Source: Verrucomicrobiota bacterium
GTDB taxonomy: Bacteria > Verrucomicrobiota > Verrucomicrobiia > Verrucomicrobiales > DEV007
Reading direction: 5' to 3'
NCBI GenBank assembly: GCA_045046875.1
Contig: JASFYY010000019.1
Location: 1 to 64,000, forward strand
DNA length: 64,000 nucleotides
Under the pieces are notes generated by a model. The model did no database searches. It was given only the letters and a program-made list of their open reading frames with translations, and was not told where the DNA came from. Shown in pieces: positions 17,365 through 26,750 of the stretch (positions within the stretch are counted from its first letter, which is position 1; every line of letters starts with the position of its first letter). The translations under genes were made by a program, and so were the position numbers.

Positions 17365-19197
17365 TCAAGCGGATGTCAGATTTTGGGAAAGGCCGTCGAG
17401 GATTTGTCTGGCCTCGGTGGTTTCCTGTTCGGTAGGAGGCGCATGGCGATCGCTTTCCGGTGCTCCGTATAGGATCCACTGGCAGCGCGAATTCAGCGCG
17501 TTGAAACCAGCCTTGAGAGTATCGGGTTGGGAGTCGAGTGGCTGTTTGCTTTGATGTTGCCAGGCGTTGAGGCATTCCTCGATTTTTTTGTAATAATCGG
17601 CACGAGCAGAGGCCGAGGCGTCAACCCCGCTTCTCACTTGATGGAAATTGATTTTCGTTTGGGTGTTTTTGGCACCTAGTCCTTTTAGTTTGGCAAAACG
17701 AAGCAGGGTAATTGTTAAAATCCAGCCAAGTAGAAGTAGCGGGACGACCTGGGCAAACCAGAATGCCGGACGGTGCTGCAGTGAGGCCTGGATGCTGCGA
17801 TTATGCGGTTTGTTTTTGCGGATGTAGAGAATGTCGTCAAAGTTAGGACTGGGTGGAGCGGTGACGGAGCCCGCGCCAGATGAATGGCCGCCTGCAGAGA
17901 TCATTGCCCCGGAGTTGGAGGGGCGTATGTCGGGGGCGACTTCCAGTGGGATGGGCAGCGAACGACGGGTGACATACTTTTCCGTCTCAGGATTAAAAAA
18001 GCTGATTTCAAAAGGCGGCAGTTCATTGCTTTCACCTAAAGGGATGATGATCTGGGTGAAGGTGCTTTTGCCAGGCACTACCCCGTCGGATTTTTCATTG
18101 GGGTCGATGGTTTTCCGTGCTTCGTAAGTGCGCCATTTCTGTGGGTTCTGGCTGAGGAAAGTGGGTGCGGAGAGGCGGTCAAAGTTGCCGACCCCTTCGA
18201 CGGTGATGTCGATGGAAATAGGGTCGCCGGCCTGCAGTTTGAGCGGTGAGGCTTTGACTTCCATGTTGAAATTTCCCACCGCACCCGAGAAGGTGGTGGG
18301 TTTGCCTTCGGCTGGCAAGGGTTTGACGTCGAAGGTGAGTGAGTTGCTTTGCAGGGTGCGGGTGATGGTCTGGGTGAATAGGCTGCGTAGGCCACCTCCG
18401 ACCCGGGTGCTTCGGTCGATGAAACGGCAGCGCAGATTGGCGGATTGCAGAACTTGTTGGCCGGGCTGGATGGGAAAAATGGAGCCTTGGATTTTTGCGG
18501 TGGAATATTCGTAGGCATCGATCATCAGATTGCCTTGAGTTACATTGCGCTGAAAGGGTTTGACGATCATATTTTCGTTCTTTAGATCGGGTGCTCCGAT
18601 TTCATAAATGCTGCCTTGACCGCGAACAAAGGCAGTCAGCTCCAGTGGCACGATCTGGTTGACGTAAAGGGTGGTTTTGGGAGCGGTGAGGCGGAGGAAG
18701 TAGGGTTTGGAAGCGTCTAGAGTCAGGTCGCCTGCTTTGCGTTTGAAGATGACCAGGCTGGCGGGTTTGGTTGTGTAGCTTTTGCCCCGGACGCTCAAGC
18801 TGAGTGCCGGGATGGTGAAACTGCCGGCACTCTGACCACTGACCACGTAATAGTAGAGGGTTTGATTGCTGCTGACTCCGTTGAGGATTCTCAGGCTGGA
18901 GTTCTGGCCTTGGAAAATGATGTCGAGTCCGGGCGCTTTGATCACCCGGGGAGCTTCGTCCAAGGTGCCATTGTCGACTTGAATGGCAAAAACCCCGGTT
19001 TCGCCAATGGCGATTTTACGGCTGTGCAGCAGGCTGGTGATTTTGGTTTCCCGGACGGCCTGCTGTGACCAGGCGGTGAAGGGAAATAAACAGATAGTCA
19101 GTGCTGCGATGATCGCGCCACTGATGGGGAATCTATTTCCGGGTAGGATTCTAAAAGTAAAAAATGAGAAAAGAGATGTCATAACTAAGGTTCTCAC
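17365..19197 (-). CDS. batD: BatD family protein
   Basis: Ig-like repeats, VKPLP...FSGAVGNF, GDPI...GVGN, FFNP and C-terminal TM helix. Confidence 0.85.
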   Translation of the reverse strand: MRTLVMTSLFSFFTFRILPGNRFPISGAIIAALTICLFPFTAWSQQAVRETKITSLLHSRKIAIGETGVFAIQVDNGTLDEAPRVIKAPGLDIIFQGQNSSLRILNGVSSNQTLYYYVVSGQSAGSFTIPALSLSVRGKSYTTKPASLVIFKRKAGDLTLDASKPYFLRLTAPKTTLYVNQIVPLELTAFVRGQGSIYEIGAPDLKNENMIVKPFQRNVTQGNLMIDAYEYSTAKIQGSIFPIQPGQQVLQSANLRCRFIDRSTRVGGGLRSLFTQTITRTLQSNSLTFDVKPLPAEGKPTTFSGAVGNFNMEVKASPLKLQAGDPISIDITVEGVGNFDRLSAPTFLSQNPQKWRTYEARKTIDPNEKSDGVVPGKSTFTQIIIPLGESNELPPFEISFFNPETEKYVTRRSLPIPLEVAPDIRPSNSGAMISAGGHSSGAGSVTAPPSPNFDDILYIRKNKPHNRSIQASLQHRPAFWFAQVVPLLLLGWILTITLLRFAKLKGLGAKNTQTKINFHQVRSGVDASASARADYYKKIEECLNAWQHQSKQPLDSQPDTLKAGFNALNSRCQWILYGAPESDRHAPPTEQETTEARQILDGLSQNLTSA

Positions 19198-21443
19198 CAG
19201 TTTTTGTAAGGTTGGGCGGGGGCAGGTCGCATCAGAGGTTTGATGCTGAGGTCTTCGTCCGAAAGGCTTTGCAGTAAGCGGCGCGCCTCCAGCGGAGAAA
19301 AGCCGGTTTCAGGGTTGCGTTTTTGATCTTCCTTGCTCTTGCGGGCATCAGCAGCTTGGGCGGGTTGTTGTTGACTCGGATTGGCCTTCAAATTTCCTTC
19401 GGGGTCCTTTTGCTCGGGCTCGGCTTGACCGGGTTGTTGGGGCGGTTTTTGTTTGCCGTCCGGCTTGCCGTCTTGTTGGTCTTTGGGTTTGTCTTTTGAT
19501 GGATCAGAGGGTTTTTTCTCCCCGTCCGGATTTTTCGAATCAGAGGGTGGAGGGGATTTCTGGTCCTTGTTATCGTCGGGCTTGCCTTCGCTGTTTTTGT
19601 CCTGATCTTTGGGCGGAGGCTGATTCCCATCGGGATCTTTAGAGCCATTGGGATCAGGTTTTTGATCTTTGCCTTTACCCTGATCGTCTTTTTCGCCGTC
19701 TTCTTTATCTTCTTCTTTGTCCTTATCTTCGTCTTCTTTGTCTTTTTTATCGTCCTCTTTCTCCTGTTGATCTTTTTTCTGTTCTTGTTCCTGCTGTTTT
19801 TTCTGCAGGAGTTTCAGGTAGTTTTGCACGAGTTTTAAATTTTCATTGGCAGGGACGTGCTTGGGGTTGGTTTTCAGGGCCGCCTGATAATGTTCGATCG
19901 CGGCTTGCCACTGGCGGGTGGCACCTTTCATGTCGGGTTGACCGGGGGCATTGTTGTTGTTTTGTTCGCCGTCACCTGCGGCGGCTGGTTTGAGCAAGGT
20001 TTGGCCGTGACGGAACAGGGTATTGCCCAGATTGTAGTGGGCGTCAGAATTGAGCTTGTTGTTGTCAGCACGCTCGAGCACTTTGCCAAAAGCTTGTTCG
20101 GCGAGTTCGAGATCACCGGTTCGGTAGGCGGCTGATCCTAAGCCGAAGTGGAGCTGGGATTCTTTTTCCGGGGATTTCTCCTCTTCGATTTCTTGTTGGT
20201 AGCTTTTGATCGCTGTTTGGTAGTCCTCGTTTTGGTAGGATTCGAGGGCGGGCAGAGCGGCGGTTTTGGCAGTTGTTTCTTCAGCTTGCAAGGGCGACGG
20301 GGAGAGGGTGCAGTATCCTGCAAATAAAAGCAGAGCGGCGGTTTTACCGGCGGCGGGCAGCGGTGGTGGAGTGGCGGAGGGTTTGGGTTTACTGCCCGGA
20401 GAAGGTGCTGCAATTGCCGTGCGGCGTTGCTGGTAGCGGATGGAAATAGGCAGAATGAAACCTGCTATCATAAAGAGTAAAGCGAAGCCGAGCGGCCAGA
20501 GAAAACGTTCGATGGGACGTTTTCTTGCGGCGTCCTCATGGCGAGACGTTTTGATCTGGCTTAGAGCTTTGCCGACGATGTCGGCGATGGAGCTGGCGGA
20601 GCCGAGATTGAGATAAATTCCGCGTGAAGTGCGCGCGCTCAGTTGTTGCAGGGCGGCGGGGTCGAGACGGCTGCGAACAATGTCGCCCTTGTCATTTTTA
20701 ATAAAAGTTCCAGGGCTGGTCGCGCTGGGGTCAGGGATGATCGAGCCTGCCTGGGTGCCTACGCCGATGGCGATGACGACCATGCCGAGTTCTTCTGCGT
20801 CCTTGCCGATTTGGGCTAACTGCTCTCCGCCTTCAAGGTCCTCGCCATCACTGAATATGATCAGCGCATTGTCTTTGCTATCGATTTTGCGGAAGGTTTC
20901 GATCGCCATCGTGACAGCGGAGTTGATGTTGGTCCCGCCACGGGGGATGACTTCCGTATCGATCTGGTTGAGCGTTTCCACGATGGCCATGTGATCCATG
21001 GTCAGGGGAGCTTGCAGAAAAGCGCGTCCAGCAAAGGCGATCAGACCGATGCGATCATTGGGCAAAGAATCCACCAGATCCTGGGCCGCCAGGCGGGCGC
21101 GGGTGAGGCGATCCGGCAGCAGATCAGTCGCCAGCATGCTGCGCGAGGTGTCGATGGCGATGATGATGTTGCGGCCTTCGGATTCGGTTGGCATTTCTTC
21201 GTGCCCCCATTGCGGACGGGACAGGGCTACGATGATGAAGGTTAGCGCCAGGCAATGGAAAGTGAAGGCCAGCCAGCGCAACCAGGGATTGGCGCCGATG
21301 ACCAGTTCGTTGCGTAATCGGTGGGCTACCAGTCCGGGGGTGCCTTTGCGGCTGAGGCGGTGCGCACGCAGCCGTAATAGCAGCAGCGGTATCAGCGCAA
21401 GCAGCATCCAAAAATAAACTGGTTCGGCAAAAGTGGGCATCAT
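19194..21443 (-). CDS. batB: BatB/BatC-like VWA + TPR protein with a Q/K/D-rich tail
   Basis: MIDAS DTSRSM, APLT.D, SDGED, TPR YNLGN, low-complexity tail and terminal KNW. Confidence 0.85.
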   Translation of the reverse strand: MMPTFAEPVYFWMLLALIPLLLLRLRAHRLSRKGTPGLVAHRLRNELVIGANPWLRWLAFTFHCLALTFIIVALSRPQWGHEEMPTESEGRNIIIAIDTSRSMLATDLLPDRLTRARLAAQDLVDSLPNDRIGLIAFAGRAFLQAPLTMDHMAIVETLNQIDTEVIPRGGTNINSAVTMAIETFRKIDSKDNALIIFSDGEDLEGGEQLAQIGKDAEELGMVVIAIGVGTQAGSIIPDPSATSPGTFIKNDKGDIVRSRLDPAALQQLSARTSRGIYLNLGSASSIADIVGKALSQIKTSRHEDAARKRPIERFLWPLGFALLFMIAGFILPISIRYQQRRTAIAAPSPGSKPKPSATPPPLPAAGKTAALLLFAGYCTLSPSPLQAEETTAKTAALPALESYQNEDYQTAIKSYQQEIEEEKSPEKESQLHFGLGSAAYRTGDLELAEQAFGKVLERADNNKLNSDAHYNLGNTLFRHGQTLLKPAAAGDGEQNNNNAPGQPDMKGATRQWQAAIEHYQAALKTNPKHVPANENLKLVQNYLKLLQKKQQEQEQKKDQQEKEDDKKDKEDEDKDKEEDKEDGEKDDQGKGKDQKPDPNGSKDPDGNQPPPKDQDKNSEGKPDDNKDQKSPPPSDSKNPDGEKKPSDPSKDKPKDQQDGKPDGKQKPPQQPGQAEPEQKDPEGNLKANPSQQQPAQAADARKSKEDQKRNPETGFSPLEARRLLQSLSDEDLSIKPLMRPAPAQPYKNW

Positions 21444-22453
21444 TCAGGTAAGCGTCGCCAAAAGGTTTCTCCCCCAATCAAAGATAGTAGAGCAAAAGCC
21501 AGGGAAGAGATAGCAAACCAGAAAAAATATTCCTTGGCATGAACCGTGACGTGTTTTTTGACTTCCGTTTTTTCCAACTTGTCGATCAATCCAAAAATGC
21601 GTTCGAGGCTGGAGGTGTCTTGCGCCCGGAAGTATTCACCGTCGGCGATGCGGGCGATTTCCTTGAGCGTTTCTTCGTCGAATTCCTGCTGCAAATGTTG
21701 CGGCCCGACCGGGGTCTGCACGGTGTAGTTGCCATAGGTGCCAACGGCGATGGTGTAGATTTTGATACCAAGGGTTTTGGCTAGTTTTGCCGCCGTGATC
21801 GGGGTGAGGCTGCCGGCGTTGTTCACCCCGTCGGTGATCAATACCACCACTTTACTTTTTGCCGGACGTTTTTCCAGCCGTCGGGCGGTGGCGCCGATGG
21901 CCGAGCCGATGGCGGTGCCGTCTTCTACCAGCCCGATGCGCACCCGTTCGAGACTGTCTTCGATCCACTCGTGGTCCAAGGTGATCGGTGCGACCAGGTA
22001 GGGGCGACCTGCGAAGGCGATTACACCGATGCGATCCGTTTCGCGTCCGCGGATGAAATCACGGGTGACTTTTTTTGCCGCTTGCAGCCGGGTCGCCTTG
22101 CGTCCACCGAGGGTGAAGTCGGTGACCTGCATTGAGCGGGACACATCGATGGCGATGAGCAACTCGATTCCGCTCTCGCTGGTTCGCTCGGTGGAGCGCA
22201 CTTTTTGTGGTCGTGCTAGAGCGAGTATCAGCAGGGCGATGCTGAGGTAGATCAGGGCAAGACGGATCGCACCTGCCCGGGAGCGGGTCATGGGGCCGAG
22301 TTGGCGTAGGATGTGCAGAGATGAAAATACGACCGTTGCCTGTTGACCACGCCGTCCCTTCATCACCGCGAGTACGGGGATGAGCAGCAGTAGCAGCAGT
22401 GCCCAGGGATGGACAAAACGCCAACTGATATCAGCTAACAGGAGGTGTGGCAT
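21440..22453 (-). CDS. batA: BatA-like VWA domain protein
   Basis: BatA N-terminal TM segment, DVSRSM, GTAIG, LITDGVNN and IDKLEK. Confidence 0.9.
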   Translation of the reverse strand: MPHLLLADISWRFVHPWALLLLLLIPVLAVMKGRRGQQATVVFSSLHILRQLGPMTRSRAGAIRLALIYLSIALLILALARPQKVRSTERTSESGIELLIAIDVSRSMQVTDFTLGGRKATRLQAAKKVTRDFIRGRETDRIGVIAFAGRPYLVAPITLDHEWIEDSLERVRIGLVEDGTAIGSAIGATARRLEKRPAKSKVVVLITDGVNNAGSLTPITAAKLAKTLGIKIYTIAVGTYGNYTVQTPVGPQHLQQEFDEETLKEIARIADGEYFRAQDTSSLERIFGLIDKLEKTEVKKHVTVHAKEYFFWFAISSLAFALLSLIGGETFWRRLPE

Positions 22454-22997
22454 TGATGTTTATAGGTTCACGAATGATTCGGCGTGCTTCTGCGAGCAAC
22501 GGCAGTTTGTGGTCTTCGGCATTGGCAAAGCGGGCGAATTTTAATTGGTCGCAGAGTCCAACAAAGTTTGCCAGATCCGTTTGCAAGCTCTGCGGCAGAC
22601 TGCGGGAAGCTCCGCTGCTCAGTCGTTTGATAAATTCCTCCGAGGTTTCATAGCGGAACGAATCCTTGAAGCGTTCTTTTAGATAGTCTTTCAAAATATC
22701 AGAAACCTGTAGGCTGAAAACATTCGCGCTCAGTGTGCTCGCCTGGGTTTCCAGTTCATCCAGTTTTTTCAAAGCAATCCGTCCGGCGGGGATCTGATGG
22801 CTGCGGTTGTTGTCCTTGCGGATGAAATAGACGAGCAAGAAGATCACAAGGGCAACCACAAGCACGCCCACCACTGTGATGATGATGATCCATCCGTAGT
22901 TGAGCGAAGCCTGCGGCGAGATGATGTCCTGGATATCAGGCAACTCTGCGCCATCGCTTTGGCTGGGTGCTATTTGTGCTACAAGGGCAGGGATCAT
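22431..22997 (-). CDS. DUF4381-like membrane protein of the Bat operon
   Basis: IQDI, TM helix, ETSEEF and CDQLKFA; lies between DUF58 and batA. Confidence 0.7.
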   Translation of the reverse strand: MIPALVAQIAPSQSDGAELPDIQDIISPQASLNYGWIIIITVVGVLVVALVIFLLVYFIRKDNNRSHQIPAGRIALKKLDELETQASTLSANVFSLQVSDILKDYLKERFKDSFRYETSEEFIKRLSSGASRSLPQSLQTDLANFVGLCDQLKFARFANAEDHKLPLLAEARRIIREPININATPPVS

Positions 22998-23057
22998 CAA
23001 GGCAAAAAGGTTTCGAAGTCGGGTTTTAGAATCAGGGTTATCTGTCAGACGAGTGGA

Positions 23058-23975
23058 TTAATTCCCCATGCCTCCCCGGCGTTTGAAAAAGGAGTGCAGG
23101 GCAGGCAGATACTCCTGGTCGGTGATCAGGTCGATTTTGTCGATGCCCAATTTGCGGAAATGGGCGTTCACTTGTTCTTGCCATTTTTCGGCTTGCTGCT
23201 GGTAAGCTTGTTGAATCCGGGGGTTCGAGGTGTTGAGCTCTATTTGCTCGCCGGTTTCCGGATCTTCCAATCTGACCGGACCGACAGCGGGCAGTTTTTT
23301 TTCCGCCGGGTCGCTCACTTGGATGGCGACCAGGTCGTGTTGGCGACCGAGGCTTTTTAATTCGTCGAGTTGATTGTCAGCAAAGAGGAAATCCGAGATC
23401 AAAAAAACCAGGGAACGGCGTTTGATATGGTTTCTCAAAATATGAACCGTGTCCTCCAATTGGGTTTGCTGACGGGTGGGGCGGCAAAACAGAATCTCCC
23501 GGATCAGGCGCAGGGTGTGTGAGCTGCCTTTTTGTGGAGGCACATATTTTTCAATATGATCAGTGAACAGGATCAGGCCGACTTTATCCTTGTTTTGCAA
23601 AGCGCTGAAAGCCAGCAGCGCTGAAACCTCGGCGATCAGCTCCCGTTTGCTCTGCTCGTGACTGCCATAGTTGCCGGAGGCGCTGATGTCTACCGCTAGC
23701 AGCACACTCAATTCCCGCTGTTCGGTGAATTTTTTGATATAAGGCGTTCCCATGCGGGCGGTCACATTCCAATCGATGGAACGGACTTCGTCGCCGTGCT
23801 GGTATTCGCGGAAGTCCTCGAAGTCAATGCCCTCGCCCTTGAAACAACTGTGGTATTCGCCGCCGACACTCTCACGCACCAAGCCACGTGTTTTCAGCTC
23901 GATCTTGCGAATTTTACGCAGGATTTCCGAGATGTTTTGCTGATCTTCAGTGCTGATGGGTGCAGGTCTTGCCAT
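23058..23975 (-). CDS. DUF58 domain protein (MoxR partner)
   Basis: REYQHGDEVRSIDWNVTAR, VDISAS, LISDF and EDPETG. Confidence 0.92.
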   Translation of the reverse strand: MARPAPISTEDQQNISEILRKIRKIELKTRGLVRESVGGEYHSCFKGEGIDFEDFREYQHGDEVRSIDWNVTARMGTPYIKKFTEQRELSVLLAVDISASGNYGSHEQSKRELIAEVSALLAFSALQNKDKVGLILFTDHIEKYVPPQKGSSHTLRLIREILFCRPTRQQTQLEDTVHILRNHIKRRSLVFLISDFLFADNQLDELKSLGRQHDLVAIQVSDPAEKKLPAVGPVRLEDPETGEQIELNTSNPRIQQAYQQQAEKWQEQVNAHFRKLGIDKIDLITDQEYLPALHSFFKRRGGMGN

Positions 23976-24111
23976 GAATGTTTATACAAAGAGCGGAGTA
24001 TCGGAGAAAATTCGTCTGACCGCCATGAAAAATGACAAGAAAAGAAGCCTGAGAGGCGGAATTCACGGAATTCACTTGATCTCGCCTTGGAAATTCGATA
24101 AAAGGGCAGCT

Positions 24112-24291
24112 ATGAAACTCTCTGCTTTACTCGCAATTTTGTTGGCTCCGGTGATGGTGATGACTTTTACCGGATGCGCTACGGCTCCCGAAGATGAAAA
24201 CGGCATGCCTAATTACCCCGCCCCGAATAAAGCTGATAACGCTGCTAGAATGCAGGACGCTAATTCGAAGTTTCTCAGAGGTAACTTCTAG
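24112..24291 (+). CDS. Small 59-aa lipoprotein
   Basis: MKLSALLAILLAPVMVMTFTGC-ATAPEDENGMPNYPAPNKADNAARMQDANSKFLRGNF*; lipobox FTGC. Confidence 0.75.
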   Translation: MKLSALLAILLAPVMVMTFTGCATAPEDENGMPNYPAPNKADNAARMQDANSKFLRGNF

Positions 24292-24308
24292 GGGGGGTGG
24301 AGTGACCC

Positions 24309-25853
24309 TTATTTCCCCCGGTAAGGAGCCGGGGCTTTCACGTTCAAATCGATGGAGTAAAATCCGGTGCGGGCAGTGATATAGAGGGTATTGCCTTTGG
24401 GGCCACCTAAAAAACAATTGGCGGGGCCTTCCGGGCAATCAATTTGCGCCAGGTCTTTGCCTTCCGGGGAAATGATCCAGACTTTGCCTTTCCATGTGGC
24501 GTAGAGATTGCCGCGTTCGTCGAGGGTCAGGCCATCGCTGCCGATGTTGGCGAACTCCCGTCTTTTGCCAAGGGTGCCTTCACCGGTGACTTCGTAAGCG
24601 AAGATCTTTTTCAAGTCGGTATCGGCGACATAGAGGGTTTTGTGATCGATCGAAAGCAAAACGCCGTTGGGGCGCTTGAGGTCGTCGATCACGCGGGTGA
24701 CTTGTTTGCGGCGGTTGTAATAATATACCCCTTCGACTTCCATCTCCATGTCGTCGCGGTTGCCATAACGAGGATCGCTGAAAAAGATGCCGCCGACTTG
24801 ATCTTGCACCAAATCGTTGGGACTGTTGAATTTTTCCCCTTCGAAGCTGTCCGCCAGTACCTCGAGATTTCCTTCGGAATCAGTGCGGGTCAGTTGGCGA
24901 TTGCCGCCTTCACAGGCGAGTAAAGCATCGGCAGGCGTCCACCATAGACCATTGGCCTTGCCGGAGTTTTCGCGATGAACCGTGGTTTTTTTCGAAATCG
25001 GATCGAAGACCATGATGCGTTCGTTGGGAATGTCGGAAAAATAAATCCGTCCATCCGGTCCCTGGGCAGGGCCTTCAGTGAACTTAAAACCATCGGCGAG
25101 TTTTGTGATTTGCGCTCCGTCGGGAACGATCGGGCCGGTGCTGGGAACGTAGGTTTTAGCTACCGGCGAGGGGCTGGGGTTTTCTTGAATACGGATGTTG
25201 CGCACCCGCACCTGCCGCTTTTCCGGTTTGCTACCGAGACCGTGAACCTGGATGCCGATAAAACCGGTAGCCGTTTCGCTGTCATGGACGTCAATGGCTG
25301 GCACGCCGTTGATCCAAGTGCGGAAGTGGTCGCCGATCGCTTCGATGCGGAAATGGTTCCATTGGTTTTGCTTGAAAGCAAAACGGGCGGCAGGGTTATC
25401 GGTCAGATCCTTCAACCAGCCTCGGTGACCTCCCTCATAAAACCCGCCAGACCAAGCACGATCCGAGGGGTCGATCTCTATAGAATAACCATAAACATGT
25501 CCGGGGCGGGCGGTTTTGCCCTTTTTCGGTTTTTCATCTCCTTCGTTGAATTTGTGACAGCGGATTTGGATGCCTGAGTTCAGCAGGGAGTGGACTTTGA
25601 AGTCCAGTTCGAGAATGAAGTCACCATATTCTTTTTCTGTAGCCAGCACATTGTCGTAGGTGTTGGGGGCGGTGGTGCCGACAATGGCGCCGTCTTCCAC
25701 TGTATAAACGGCTTTTCCACTTACCGGTTTCCACCCCTTCAGGGTCTTGCCGTCGAACAGATCGACCCATTTTTCGTCACCGGTTTTTTGCTGGGCGGGT
25801 GAACCGATGATGCCAAGCAGAGCGATGCTTGCGATGAGTAGTTTGGTTTTCAT
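24309..25853 (-). CDS. DUF1080 (3-keto-disaccharide hydrolase-like) + SMP-30/gluconolactonase fusion, secreted
   Basis: LFDGKTLKGW, NSGIQIR and GFIGIQVH, followed by FTEGP, NSPND, RPNG and SDGLTLD. Confidence 0.88.
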   Translation of the reverse strand: MKTKLLIASIALLGIIGSPAQQKTGDEKWVDLFDGKTLKGWKPVSGKAVYTVEDGAIVGTTAPNTYDNVLATEKEYGDFILELDFKVHSLLNSGIQIRCHKFNEGDEKPKKGKTARPGHVYGYSIEIDPSDRAWSGGFYEGGHRGWLKDLTDNPAARFAFKQNQWNHFRIEAIGDHFRTWINGVPAIDVHDSETATGFIGIQVHGLGSKPEKRQVRVRNIRIQENPSPSPVAKTYVPSTGPIVPDGAQITKLADGFKFTEGPAQGPDGRIYFSDIPNERIMVFDPISKKTTVHRENSGKANGLWWTPADALLACEGGNRQLTRTDSEGNLEVLADSFEGEKFNSPNDLVQDQVGGIFFSDPRYGNRDDMEMEVEGVYYYNRRKQVTRVIDDLKRPNGVLLSIDHKTLYVADTDLKKIFAYEVTGEGTLGKRREFANIGSDGLTLDERGNLYATWKGKVWIISPEGKDLAQIDCPEGPANCFLGGPKGNTLYITARTGFYSIDLNVKAPAPYRGK

Positions 25854-25907
25854 ACGAGTCAGGGATATGGGGTTATTAAGTTGAAAGGAGGGGGGCAAGA
25901 GGGATCG

Positions 25908-26732
25908 TCAACCCAGGCCGGGTTCGGCGAGGCCGAACATGCCGAGAGGATTTCCTGCAGGGCTATTGTCGCCTAGATACATTCTGAGTAAATCACGTTT
26001 TGCCTCGAACTGCAGTTTTTCTGCCAGCTGGATGGCGGCTTTATTGGCGTCGGGCAAATCCCAGAAGATATTTTTTTGCGGGGCGCAGTGGATCAATTCA
26101 CGGGCAATGCTGAGCCCCGAACTTTCGCTGGCGGCAATGAAAGCACCCAGATAAGTGGCGGCCATGCCGGGCCGCATCAGGCCGTAGGACCCGTCATCGA
26201 GGACACGACTGGCCAGGCCGTCCGGCATCAGTGAGTCCAGCAGTTGACTGCGATCGGCGGCAAACACCGCGCGGTCGAGTTCCAGTGCTTGTTCGTTCAG
26301 TTCGTCATGGGGCGGGTTGTCTGTGTGGCCACCGCCCTGGCCCAACCAACGTTTCAGACCCCATTCAGCACTGAAACCAAGTTTTTCATAAAGCGCCTGG
26401 CCATCCGGAGTGGCATCGAGTTTGATGCAGCGGATTTTTTTCACCTCACGCAGATGGTGGATGCAGTGTTCGAGCAGAGCCTGGCCCAAGCCACGGCGGC
26501 GGAAGTCCGGATGCACCAGCACCATGCCGATCCAAGCCAAATCCTGACCGTAACAAGTGGTGGTCGCGGTTCCCGCGGCCTCACCGTTCCACTCAACGAT
26601 GAAACAGCCGTCTGGCGATAACGACAGGAAGCGTCGCCAGTCGTTGAGCGTCTGATTCCATCCGGCAATCTGGCGAAGTTCGTTGGCGAAGGCCAGATCG
26701 GCCTGCTGCATGATACGTAGCCGGATGCTCAT
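25908..26732 (-). CDS. GNAT acetyltransferase with a second degenerate GNAT domain
   Basis: GWNQ, MVLVHPDFRRRGLG and LDATPDGQALYEKLGF. Confidence 0.85.
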   Translation of the reverse strand: MSIRLRIMQQADLAFANELRQIAGWNQTLNDWRRFLSLSPDGCFIVEWNGEAAGTATTTCYGQDLAWIGMVLVHPDFRRRGLGQALLEHCIHHLREVKKIRCIKLDATPDGQALYEKLGFSAEWGLKRWLGQGGGHTDNPPHDELNEQALELDRAVFAADRSQLLDSLMPDGLASRVLDDGSYGLMRPGMAATYLGAFIAASESSGLSIARELIHCAPQKNIFWDLPDANKAAIQLAEKLQFEAKRDLLRMYLGDNSPAGNPLGMFGLAEPGLG

Positions 26733-26750
26733 GGTGATTCGAAGATGCGT

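Noticed and set aside
19300..19810. Q/K/D/P low-complexity stretch in batB
   Set aside because: An expected feature of BatB/BatC proteins
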